64,000 bases of DNA from Marsupella aquatica (lineage: Eukaryota > Plantae > Marchantiophyta). Location of the stretch: contig OZ316897.1 in NCBI GenBank assembly GCA_973895155.1, forward strand, positions 10,687,832-10,751,831, in the 5' to 3' direction. Of the stretch, positions 1-12,767 are shown piece after piece. The notes beneath the pieces were generated by a model. That model was not told where the DNA came from. It saw only the letters and a list, made by a program, of their open reading frames with translations, and searched no databases. Numbering within the stretch: position 1 is the first letter of the stretch; every line of letters starts with the position of its first letter. The position numbers were made by a program, and so were the translations under genes.

Positions 1-1664
1 ACCAAAAATGCTCTATGGAATGTGTCTGCCCCCTTGGTGCCCATTTAAAACTTGTCGGTGCCCTATTGACCCATGGGAGTGTGTTGAAACCAGTCTCAAA
101 CCAAAAGCCCTTGGATTAAGTTTTGCCCAAAATTTGGGATCGGGTTTGGGTCATGGATGTTAATTTCTCACAGCAACTGACTGAAAAAAGGGGAAACAAC
201 ATTTTTGAGACACCTTGTTAGGTCAACTCAAAGTACTAAGGTTCACATTCCATAAGTCCTGTGTGATGAGTTTATGACCACAAGTCTTACTGACTCACAA
301 AGTCACAAGTTCATGTTCCATAACTTTTGGCCATAAGCCCTGGCTGTAAGGGGAGGCCTTTAACCATGCTCTCTGCCCAAGACAAGAAAAATTTGAATTG
401 AATTGAATTTCAATGTGAAAAAAGTTAACATCAAGTGCTGTGGCCTAAGGCTATTGAACCAAAGCATTTTGGTCCTTGTGAAACCTCAAAGAATTTTGTC
501 ATAGAAATTTTATGAAATATTATGAGCATCCTGGGTAGCATTGACTTTTCAGTGTATGCATTATTAGGAAAAATAAAAATCAAAACATTAGTCATATTTT
601 GTGATTTCCTGAAATTAAAAATAATTCACGTCTCAGTGCTGGTCCTAGGCTATCAAGGATGACACTACAGTAGCCACAATCTGGCTGGGCTTCTTAAAGC
701 TACCAAGATCTAAGGGGACAACAAGAAATGTACCAATCAAGCTTATAAAGCGCAATCAAAAGCTATTCTCTGGGCCTACCTTCGTCTAAATGGGGGCATA
801 AGTGAAAGTGAGGGTGAAAGTGAGGGTGACAAAATACAGGGATGGGGGCAAAGATGGAGAGTAAATACCATGGGATCCTTTTCTTGTGCAACTTTAGTTT
901 CTCTCCTATCTCTATATACTTTCAGGTTTGTTTTAGAATAGGATAATGTCCTGGTTAGAGGGCATTGTCGGATATAATGCCCTGAAAAAAGAGGGCAGTA
1001 GCCCGAGTTTTGAGGGCATTATTTCCATAATGCCCATAACTAAATAATGCCCATAACTAGGACATTAATGTACGTAAAACTTGAATGACTTTTCGATAAC
1101 AAACAAGAAAAAGTGAATCCCTGAAATAGAAAATTCAGATTAAAAGGTCATCCAAGAAGTGGTTGCTATGGAATTGGCCAAAAATATACGTTCTTGAGTT
1201 ATATTAGGTTCTATTCATAGATATTTTGTTTGTATCACCATATAAGATTTGGTTATCATTTTGAGATCTTGACTAAATTAAATTTTTTTTGTGTATGGTA
1301 AAATTATATTTAATTTTTACTTTTCCTATATTTATGGTGTTTTGTATAATCCCCTCTTCAAAAAAAGGGTGCATTATGAAGAATTAATGCACTCAAATAT
1401 ACAAAGAGAAAAGTCATGAAAAGCTTTATGTAAGGGTATTATTAGCATCTCTTCTCTCACACAAGAGATAAGGGTGACAAAATAATTATTTCTTGTGTGA
1501 GGTAAGAGATGCTAGTGCTAAGGCACCCTTAAAAATTGCCTTAGCACCCCGGGTTCGCTCCCATGGAACCCACTTTCTCCCACGGAACCGACCTTTTCCC
1601 ATGCAACCGAACGTGATTCTCGATTTTCGGAGGACCACATTCCGTTCGTGTGTTACTTACGGAT

Positions 1665-1676
1665 TTTCCCGCCAAA
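1665..1676. promoter_or_regulatory. E2F/DP binding site (TTTCCCGCCAAA) in the primase promoter
   Basis: Matches the E2F consensus TTTSSCGS on both strands (TTTCCCGC / TTTGGCGG), ~320 bp upstream of a DNA replication gene. Confidence 0.7.
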
Positions 1677-1983
1677 TTCACTCCCGCTGTTCTCTGCCTG
1701 AAAACCTCTTCAGCGCTTGAGGGAAACGATCTTTATGGTGTAGCGGATGGAGCAGGAATTCGACCCACAACTCCGTGCCATTTTCAAAGCAAGCTCCACA
1801 GTCGACTCGAGGGACAACCTCGTGCTGGAGTTTTGTGTGAATGTGTGACTTCGTAGTTCAACTAGCAACGAGTTTTTGTCGCAACTGAATGAAACTGGAC
1901 AAGGAGAGATACGGTCGATGAATTCAATTCACATCCATTGAGGGAAATTTGGCTTCAACTCATACATTCGTACGAGTTTGGCA

Positions 1984-4900
1984 ATGGCAGGGGGTAAGAT
2001 GTCTTCTCCCTTGCACATTGAGAATTATTGCTTTGCGTGTTGTAATGAGATTGGAAGGGAGTATTCTCAAAATGCAGAGTCTACTCCAAATTATTAGCGT
2101 TGCAAACAAGCAGCTACTGTAGGTTGCAAGTCCGAATGACAGTGATTGATCTTTATCGCCGTCGCAGATGATCTGATGGAAACTGATGAACAGAAAGCAA
2201 TTTCCACTGAACAGTTGCAGAAGCAGGACCAGAAGCACCCACCTAATGAGTTTAACCCGGACTACTTGCGATTCTATTATGGTACGCAAGAAGTTTATGC
2301 TACCTCATCTCCGAGCCAATTGATTGAATTCGTTTTTCTCAATGTCGTTACTCACTTTCTTCTGAGTAGCTTTCGTATGCTAGGCAGCCAATGGGTTTTC
2401 TAAGTGTCGACCAAAATGTACATGTGCTCCAAGATGCTTCCCTTTCTGTATGCCATTGTTTCCACTTTCTTCCCAATAGCTCTTCGTTTGCTCGGCGCCC
2501 AATAGGTTTTGTGCGTGAGGACATATACTACATGTGCTCCGAGATACTTGTCTGTGAGATTCATCGTCTAAGAATTCTGTCACGCTTGAGCTTTGGCTCT
2601 TATGTGACTCGTCCTTCAGCTGAAGAGGTGGTGGGGAGTCCCACCTCGCACAGACTTGATTGTACTATGACCGAGGTATTCAAACAATCTGCTAATGGGA
2701 AGTTGGCTCTCTTGGTTCAGGGAGGCTGTTCCCTTTCGCCGAAATTCACAAATGGCTATCGTATGGTAACGGTAAGGTTCTATGAAGACTTAAACAGACT
2801 TTTACAGTTGTTCTTAAAGGGTATCTTCATTGAAGTTTCGCAACAGTTGTGGCATCGGATTGAGTTCTAGTGGTTTATGACTGCAGATGGGAAGCATCCT
2901 GGTTGTGACAGCTCCTTCTTTGGCCGAAGGGAGTTCTCGTTCACTCTAGAGAATGAGATTTATCTCCGATATCTATCATTCCGTGATGCCTCCGGCATGG
3001 AGGCCGCGTTTCGGGACAAATGCCCCCATAAGATTGACATCGGTGCAGTCTACAATGTGGACGTGAGAGTTCTGCTCTTTCCTCCAAATTCGCATTGCCA
3101 GATCTTTACTATAGTGTTTTTGTAACTTACTTCTGATCCTCATTCGAGAATTCTGCACTCACTTTCAGAGGTATGCATCAAGCAAGCCGAGAGATGCAAT
3201 CCTCTTATAGTAATGGGTTCTTACTTCTGCCGGCAGCTATCATCCTGGGAGCTGAGAAATTTTAACATTTGAATTTTGCGATCGTCTGGAAGATTATAAT
3301 GTATTTGTTTGAAATTGCTCTTCACAGCCCTCCAAACGAACAGCTTATTCGAGTCTCGGTGGAGACAAAGTGTTTTCCGCAGTGGAGAGAGAGCTTGTAT
3401 TTGATGTCGTAAGTGCCGCCCTATCACAAAGATTGAGTTCAAATGGTGCATAATACTTTTATTCGTGGTATACTTTCACTTCTACACCTGGATTCATGGT
3501 TCAGGTTGATTGTGCACTACTGTTGTCAGAGACTAATAGAAGTCTAGTTTGTCATTCTGCAATCAACATACAACTGAGGCCAGACGGCCAATGTTACTAA
3601 GGCTGGGGAGCAAAACTAATGTAACATACTTTGTTTCCGGTTGAAAAAGTGAAAAGGAAAACAAGAAAGGAATGAGTACAACCTAGCCCTCTTCACTGGA
3701 AAACCACCAGTGTTCGTTACCAGAGCCTTCATATATCCTTGGTTGTCCGCAAGGGCAAACCGAAACTGAGCATTTTGTTTGATCGTGTTCATGTCAGGAT
3801 ATGACTGACTACGATGACATACGAAATTGCTGCAGTGGAGCTGACATTTGTCTGCGATGCTGGCCTTTGATGACCATAGCAATCAAGGTCATTGACACCG
3901 CGCTGAGAGGTATGTAACGGAGTTCATATTTTTGGTTGCTTGTCTTGAGAAGAAGAGTAGACTGTGTGTTGAGAAGAATAGAATGGACTGTGTGAATATA
4001 TTTCAGAAATGATTATGGTTTCTGGTTTGACATTTTTAACTCACGGATCCTCCAATCAAATTTTAGAACTTGAAAACAAAATCTGACGGACGTGGTTTTC
4101 ATTTAACCCTCAAGAATTGGCACTAGATGATTGTGTCATCTTCAGTGTCTGGATGTTATGCCCTCTTACTGCCCACGCTTTCTTTTGTGTTCTGCAGAGG
4201 ACTTTGGCTTCGAGCACTTACTATGGGTGTACAGTGGACGTCGAGGAGTCCATTGCTGGGTCTCCGATTCACGAGCAAGAAGGTAACTTCAACGTTTTGG
4301 TTCCGCGAATGAGTTTGGACGTGGGCAGATTTATTCCACCTCTGCTCTCGTGTTCACATGTATGTCACTTTTCAACGGTAGAAGCAGTACCTGTGGTTTT
4401 CAAGATTTTGATATCACTCTTTATCTCGTGTAAAGGTAGTAGATTGTCCGTTGTTTGTGCTGCAGATTGACAAATGAGCAGAGGGCTTCTATCACAGAAT
4501 ACTTACGTGTATACAAGGTGAATAACCGCAGTCTCACTGATCCGCTTCGAAGAAAGGGAAACACAGTGACGTTCTCATAAGATGAACATGAATACATAAG
4601 TTTCTCTCTTGAGTCCAATTACATGTTTTTCTCAACACCGGCTGCTCTCAATTTCTTATGGCTTTATTTGATGTCTATAGGGGAGTGACATGAATGGAAA
4701 GAAAGTTACGCTTGCAGGCCCGGCACTTCATCCTTCTTTATCGTGAGCAACACAACCCATTGTCAGAGCTGTTAGGGATTTGTCAGTCATGACTTGGTGG
4801 AGGTTACGTGTGGATGAAATTCAGATGAACGATGTCTTTCTCTTGTGGACCCTTGGTCTCACCTCTTGGGAATCTTCGGTGCATGGGTCTAGAAATATTT

Positions 4901-6989
4901 TCTATTTGCAGAGTTTTGCAACCTTCTTTCGAGTTGTTCTGTTATCGTTCCTCATCCCGATTCGCATTGTGGAATTCTGATTTTCGGCAGTTAGTCAAGT
5001 TTTCGAACTGTTTCAGGAAATTTTGCATGACGTAATGGTCCAGGATCTTAAGAGAGTACTCAGTCAGCGTTCTATGACGGACACTCTCATGCCCTGCTCA
5101 TGTCTTCAATATCCAGGAGAGCTTATGTTGATGTTCTCACGGACTTTTTTGAACGGCAAATTCTTCCGAATCAAAGTTTACTCAGTCCAGCTGAACACTA
5201 CGAGAAAGTTCTTGAGATGATTCCAGATGACAGTGAGTTCTACCTGCTTTTGACATTCAAAGATGGTGCGAGATTAATATCCTGTTGCGTTTGGGGAAAA
5301 TGTTCACTGCTATTTACCTCGGGTTGCCTGAGCAATTTAAATCAAAAACTGTCTAGCGAAATTGTGGTCAAGTGCTGGACATTCTCTCGATGATATCCTG
5401 GACAGGTGTAAGGGCCCAGCTTCGTGCCAAGTGGCCAGATGCCAAACGTCCCAATGACGTTAATGCCACACATTGGAAGCAGCTCAAGCAGTTGTTCGAG
5501 TCGGGCAAACAGAAGGTACGTCTTGTGATGTTACAGTTTCCTGACACACAGATTATCAATTTTTGCCATATGCATTTTGCAGCGTATTTCTATCATGTTG
5601 GATATGTTAACATTTCAAAATATGTAAGATTGGTTGACGACAAGGTATGCAATGAAACACCCCATAACCAGGGGTTGTATTAGCATCTATTCTGTCAATC
5701 TTTCAAGGGTTTCCTGGACAGGTATTGTGTCCACGAGCTGATGTAAATGAACCTTCTGGTTATTTTATGCAGGGGTTCGCCTTAAGACGATGTGTTGAAG
5801 AGATTGTCTTCTCGTATACTTATCCAAGGCTTGACTTAGAAGTAAGCTACCTTACCGCATCTACTAACAGAGTTTTATGCTGTGATTGTAGAGTTTTATG
5901 CTGTGATTGTAAGGGAGTTGCTGGACAGTAGAAACACGGAGGCAATACTCACAACCTCTTGGGTTCGGTTGTATTTCAGGTGTCAAAATCAATGAATCAT
6001 CTTCTGAAATCACCATTTTGCGTCCATCCCAAAACAGGTAGGTATCTTTTCAGTAGCATCATGGGCAGTACTCTAATGAAGCTCTGGCAATTTTCCATTT
6101 CCATCTCTCACATGATTGGTCTTGTGGTTCCGACCTAGATTTTATGTGGAATATAGAGTAAACGCTGCCGATAACCTACGAGCCCAAGCTCCTCAGCGGC
6201 AGAGTCCTCTTCTCTGCTTACTTAGAGCATGTTTCGTACATTCATGAACTGCTTCCTTTGAAGCCAACGTATTTGCTGAAATGTGCAGGCCGAGTCTGTG
6301 TTCCCATAGACCCAACGACTTGTGAGACTTTCAATCCGATGGAGGTTCCAACAATATCCCAGGTAGAGCAAGATTCTTCCAAATGTTCAAGTTGGGCAAA
6401 CTGAAAAAGGAATCGAACTTGGGTCGGATGTAGATATGCTCTTGAAACTTCCTAGTCGTTTGTCAGTCTATTTCTCATCATCTAGATGTTGACTATCCAA
6501 GGATACTTCCGCGAGAACCTGAAAGAAATTCCACCGCTGCGCAGTTACTAAATGAGCTCAATGCGGAAGATAAGCAGCTCAAAGGGAGCGATTCAAGCAC
6601 GGTGTTAAAAGGTCTCCTGTCTACTTCTATCAAGATGATTCCTCCACTCAATCAGTTCTTATCCCCGCCTCTTTTCTCTAATCTTGTGCCAACTAAGTGA
6701 ATGACCTTCACAATGTCTGGTTTTGACAGAATGGGAGAGGACGTCACTAGCAAATTCGATACATTACTTTCAGTCATCCTTTCTTGAACCACTTGTCCGG
6801 GCCTCCAAGGTAACCTTCAGTTTGTCTGCTCATCCTTCTCAGCCGAGTTGCCTACCTCTTTCTGATCTGGCTAACTTGTGATGCCTTCGCTGATAAGTTG
6901 AGTGCTGCTTTGACCACCAGGCCGAGTTGGAGAGTGCTCATCGAGCAAAGTTGCAGGATTTGGCCACCACACCATCATTACAATGGTAA
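1984..6989 (+). CDS. PRI1: DNA primase small (catalytic) subunit, ~17 exons
   Basis: GT-AG exons join in frame: YLRFYYG|[16 protein letters not shown]|[49 protein letters not shown]|[36 protein letters not shown]|[20 protein letters not shown]|[12 protein letters not shown]. Stop at 6987-6989. First exon uncertain: ATG 1984 with donor G|GTAAGA, or ATG 1889. Confidence 0.95.
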
Positions 6990-7399
6990 TGCACGGGGAC
7001 AATGCTGTAGCCTAGTAGAAACAACAACAACAACGTTTGGGTCACAGGATTATCGGGGCTTCACCTTCTCAATGACCTGACAAAAGATCCGAGATCCGAT
7101 GTCAAGAAATATTCTTCTATTCACATCCTAGCGTTTCTGCCGGACTTGGTTAATATTAGCTGTTCCTCAACCGGTCTTCCCCCTCAACGAGGCCCATTTA
7201 TGGTTGTCACATTCTCTTTACGTTGACGCCGGGATTAGAATTCGTTAGGTGAGGAACTGAGTTGTCCAAGAACCAGGCTCCATGAGCTGCTCATGGCTCG
7301 ACTTGTGGCCATATTAAGTGGCAACTTGGAGTGAGTTGTGCGCAGAGAAGTTAGTTAGTACCTTTCCGCATGTATATTATTTTTTACACACATAATTGC

Positions 7400-7690
7400 A
7401 GATGCTTCGAGGCATATTTTTCTTTGTGGGCAACGGTCTCATTGATATGAATGCGAGATGTGGCAGCATCGGGGAGGCGCGAAAAGTGCTCGACAAATTG
7501 CCCAGTTGCAGTGTTTACTCTTGGAACACGATGATCCTGAGTAGGCAAGATCTGGTCAATAGAGATTGCACTGGCGCTGTCTGAGCAAAAATGCAATGGA
7601 AAGGAAACTCTGAGAACTTTGTGGGAATGCGCTATATACGTGCTGCTGCTGGAGCACTGCAACAAGGAATTTGCGTTCACGAACGAACAA
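7400..7690 (+). pseudogene. PLS-class PPR gene remnant
   Basis: FVGNGLIDMNARCGSIGEARKVLDKLPSCSVYSWNTMI is a typical PLS-type PPR junction. It is followed by a stop, with only a YVLLLEHC-like trace afterwards. Confidence 0.7.
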
Positions 7691-9159
7691 TGCACAGTGG
7701 CTGGGAGTTTGGCATCTTGATGAGAAAGGGAAAGCACTCGCCTGATACTAGTGTTTTGGGGAGGTGAAATGTGAGCAACGTTACCTTCGCTATTGTAGTT
7801 GTAAAGTAGTGTAAACAAGAGTAGCCAGTGGCTTTAAAGTACGTACATAGTGAGGTGACGGTGAGGAGAGCAGATAGCCATGGCAGGTGAGAGGATTAGG
7901 TCCCCAAGCGTACCTCAACCGATCCTCCTAAATTGTTCCTGAACAATCATGTGTGCTCACCGGTCTGGCTGTGCCTATTTCTACCAACAAAAATGCGACT
8001 TTGACTTGAACAAGCAAGACCAGAAGCAACTTGAAGACGGGCAACAGTTGCACCGGGGGCGGCACAAGGCGACGAGCTGTCATCAACGTTGAAATACCTG
8101 TGTACTATCAAGGCAAGCAATTGCACCAGTGGGCCAGTCGGCCTATGACCCATAGCTGTGCTGGCGATGAAGGCACCTGAGGAAAGTTAGCGGTTTAGAA
8201 AAAAAAGAGGCTTTCTTGGAGACAAGCGGCACATGTCCCGCAGTATGGGTTCCTCCTGTTCCCCATCCTAAAATTGGCCAGCGCGGCCTGTTCTCCGGTG
8301 AGGTTTCCCCTATTTCTAACAAAAAAACAAGGAGGATGGCTATAAGGTATGTCTTGCACGGAGGAAATAAGATTGCACCCGACAAATACAAGAAGTTGGA
8401 TGAAGGTAAGTATAAGCTCTGCCTAGCTCGTGTTTGATTTGATAGATGCACATTGAGAGGTCTAATGTGTGTTTTGAAGTATCATCTGGGACCTACTCTA
8501 GGTGGGTGCCCACAACCAATCCGGTTCTCAATAATATACTCAGGACAAGTTTAGGAGAGTGAAACTGAATGTGAAGACCCCAGCTATCAAAAATGGACTC
8601 AGAACAAGTTTAGGTGAGTGGAACTGAAACGTGAATACAAAATATTATGAAGGATATTCAACTGGATGAGAAGAGGGAGAACAAGCTGTTTACAGTGTAA
8701 AGCAGTGGCTAATTGGAAGGATAGCGATAGTAGAACTCAAAGAATTGAATTCAAAGAACCAATGGCTTGGATGAAAGAGCCAGACAGTGATAACAGAAAT
8801 GTGCTCAGGAAAACAATAAGGAAAAGAAAACTGAAGGTTCCAATAGTTCACAGTACAATTTGATTTCATTGTCGATAACGCGGCCTGGTTTGACGTGTTT
8901 ACAATGCTTCAAATGATTTGATTGAAAGTGAAACCACCTTTGGAAGTCGTAGCTGCGACACAAATGTCAGACTCCCTTTCGCGGAGTTGTAATTCTGCCG
9001 CGGATGTGCCAAGATGCTCATCTCGATGAGCCGATAAGGCGTCCCCAAAGATATCGAGATATATTTTGAATGTGGCAGCTTTTGAGTGGAGAAAATGAGT
9101 TAAAAACGAGTTGAAAAGAGAACTTCCGACGTAATCACGGTAGAGCATCACACGAAAAA

Positions 9160-9299
9160 GAGTTTTGTTCGTTCAGTTCAGACGCGTGCACATGGCAAAC
9201 AGGAAGGAGTTTTCTAATGTCGGCTCAGACGGGTGCACATCCTAACCGGAACGAGTTTTCTTAGTTCAGCTCAGATGGGTGCACATGGCAAACAGGAAG
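9160..9299. repeat. Three degenerate ~46-bp tandem repeats
   Basis: GAGTTTT..TCAGA.G.GTGCACAT..AA..GGAA unit starting at ~9160, 9207 and 9253. Confidence 0.8.
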
Positions 9300-12200
9300 G
9301 TGCTCATCGGTAATTGTGTCAGATCGCTTCATCTAACGCAAACTTTTTGCAGTGCAGAATAATGTTACTTGACCCACTTCACAATAAACTTCTACAATGA
9401 CGTTACTTTAAAGTCACTAAGCTCTGAAAACTCATCCACAGTAATCAAGTCTTTGGAAACTGTACGAGTTCCGATTCTGAAAAGGAGACATCGAAGAAAA
9501 GCACAGGTACAAATTTAGCCACCCGTGCGAGCAAGTAGTCTAGTTCCAACCGGATCTACACATTCCTGTCAAAATTACCAATCGCTTCCAAATCAAAACC
9601 ATGATGATAAATAGGTGGCCAGAAAACCCCACATCCAAGAGGGGGCATTCCTTCAGAAAAATGAATGCCAGCACAATCTACCCAAATTCTCACAGGCGAC
9701 TGTCCATCCCCATTTTGGTTGAAATCACAACTGAACACAAACTCAGGAAGCTAGATTATCAGACAACTCCCATTGAATGGTCAAAGTGGCACCCGTCAAA
9801 TCATGCCGATCCCTGTACTATCTCGTAGACTGCACCAGTACAAGTATCCCAACTCCAAAGAAGTTGGTGGAGCCAACATCAAGTCCTTGCTGACACCGAA
9901 TTCTTTGCATGACCATTAAATATCCCGCAGAAAGCGAGGCCAAAACCACACCAATTTCGTTTAATTTCCAACAAACCTATAAAAGAGAGGGAAAGCAGTC
10001 GAAGTGAAACCCGTATGGCCATATTGGACTTTTAGCACTCCTTGGATCGGAGCCACAACAGTCCCGGCAAACAATCTTCTGTCGTGACGTACGACAATCG
10101 AGACGCGAGTCTCACTTTCCCCCCGTTTTTGTTGAACAACATGATTTCTCGTCAGCGACAGTCACTCCAGAGGGAAAATCGGGGGGAAAATTCACCGACC
10201 GCAGGAGCAGGTCCACGTACAACTTTCGTGAGAAGTGTTCCAAAAGATCACAGAATAGCTGTCTCCTTCCTTAGTAAGAGACGTGCAGAATCGTGCCATA
10301 CTTGGTCTGTGCGCAACACGCTCTATCCCTGATCAAGCACTTCACAGGACCGACCGGCAAGAGGTTGGTCCCGAGGCCTTAACGATCGAGATAAGACAGT
10401 TCCTCATCAAAAAACCACGTTGAGTCCAGCTCAGCTCTCTCCGGTACCAGCCAGACTGAGACCGAGAGGTTCCTTGATGCAGCCAATTAACCAACTTGCC
10501 ACCTTACTCTATGAATCAGATATTCATTGGTGCAGTCGGGGGAGAAACTCCATCAACAGCTTCATGTGGGGAGTATGGTACCCACATAATCGTGCCATCA
10601 GATGCCGTGTGCATCCATCCAATCCACCCAATCACAGGACCACGAGAAGGCGGACAAATTCTCTCCTACATATTGAGCCTTCCATGGACTCCCGTAATCC
10701 GTCGCCGATGACTCCCCAGATCACCAATGTTCATCGGTGAGGACTTCTCCTCCGGCCACTTCGCACTACATAATGACCAGCAGGGACGAGGACGACGACC
10801 GAGCCCACGAGAAGGCAGAAAAATTATATCCTGCACATCGCGCCCAGCCATCGCGCCTCTCCTGGACGCGCCTAGTTCGTCAACTCGTCGAGGAGGACTC
10901 CTCTTTCGATCGGTATGGTGCACGCAAGAGCTTGCTGGGCCGCTGGGGAGATGTGAATTGCGCCGCTCGCCAATTATTCGACCTCCCTCGGATCCGCGAA
11001 CGAGACTTCTGAGTTCTGATCCTGTGCGCCAGCGCCACGCCGAGAGCCGTCGAATTTGCGGAGCTACGCCGCTCGCCCAGAATCCGATTGAAAGGCATTT
11101 AATTTATTAACTAGAACTGCCGAATCACTTTGGATTTTGGAACTCCGCCGGATCCGCGATCGAGGCTTGTTAGTTGTGATCCTGTGCGCCGGCGCCACGC
11201 CGAGAGAATAATGTCGAATATATGGAGCTAGAGGAGTAGTAGAGTGGGGCTGTGGGGGAGCTCGGAATGCGAGGCGATGGCGGCAGATCGTAGAGAGCCC
11301 GGGGTAGAGAGGGTGGGGACGGATTTCCGGCAGCATGATTCGCGGGGCGATGCCGGTGATCGTCCCGCCCGCCGGCGGTCGCAGAACCGCGGGCGCCTAC
11401 AGATAGCAGTAGCAGTGGGCAAGGAACATATTATCACGGAAACTTTACAAAATGTTGGGGGCCCATATTCGGAGCGATATATTTGATGGACTCCCAAAAC
11501 AAAAAGTATTTGATGGACCCCAAAACAACAAGGCTTACTTGATCGACCCCTTGCATGATACAGACCGTTGATAGACAGCATACCCGACATCTCATGGGGT
11601 CCATCAAGTACTACTTTTCATGTAGGGGTCCATCAACTATATTATCAAGGGGGCTTTATACTATGTTGGGGTCCATATTCCTTATTATCATATTAGGGGC
11701 TTTACAAGATATTTGGGGCCCATATTTGTTTACTTCTTCATAACCAGGATCATTGTCGGCAGTCGATGCTGCCCAGTACCATTTTCTCTTTTCAATGGCC
11801 GAGATCCCTCTCGACAACCAATGACCTATAGGGTTGCTCTAATTTTAAGGAACCTTCTCCAAATGGTAATAAAACGTTTTTGGATTATCGTATGTAGATA
11901 AATCAACAAAATAAGTTTGTATTTAAGGGTGGCTTTACAAGAACTTGGGGGTAACAATTCTCTTTTTTCTAAGTGAAAGATGCAATCCTAGCCATTCAGA
12001 TGTGTGAACTGGTCACACTTGACTTTACATGAACTTGGGGGCACGATGAACCAAAAGCATTTCCAAACCTAGTCATCTCTCAGTGGGCCCCTTGTGGGTC
12101 CTTTTTTTGTTGAGGTGTCCAAGCTTTTTTGTCAAAAACTTAGACCTCCTCTTGAGGTGGTCTAAAAACTTGGAGTAAACTGTTGCTTGTTTTCAGGGAA

Positions 12201-12767
12201 TTGCATTGAGTACTTCTAAACCTGACACATTTTGGCTCAAGTATTTTAAGTTTTGTGGAAGGAAATGGCCATGGGCTTCGCTCTGGATGGAGAGAGACTC
12301 AACGGCCCCACTCTCTTGTAAAGCCCCCCTAAGATACAAAGCCCCCCTAAGATACAGAAGATTTTGAGTATTCACCCCAAAAGTACATTACCTTGTCCTG
12401 TGGTGTTTACTGCTCAAAAAGATTCTGATGTTGATGATTATAATCATTCTTTTTAGAGCTGTGATGAATTTTCTACGAACCACTTTTAAAGGAAGAATAA
12501 TTAAGTTTGGGTAACTTGGGACCTAAAGCTACAATACTTATGGCCTTACAAGGTGTTGGGGACTTGTGGCATTGGGAATGATCGTATACGCCGACCCGCT
12601 TCCCCACATGTCAGTTTTCTAGTGGGCAAATGTTTAACTTTTTCCTTTCTTTTTCGTTCTAAAAGATTGTAAATCACTTTCAAAAAAGTGGTGGGCCTTT
12701 CATGTTTGTCTCATATCGACTCATGAGACACCTAAGGGAAACACAACTTAGGAGAGAAACAAACTTA

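Noticed and set aside
821-1484. 14-bp direct repeat AGGGTGACAAAATA as a TSD
   Set aside because: The intervening sequence has no poly(A) tail, TIR or coding signature I can support.
2391-2870. 159-aa ORF
   Set aside because: Lies mostly in primase introns; the real exon (2721-2771) is in another frame.
8216-8437. Possible SET-like exon (GQRGLFS)
   Set aside because: Similarity is limited to a few residues, with no supporting neighbouring exons.
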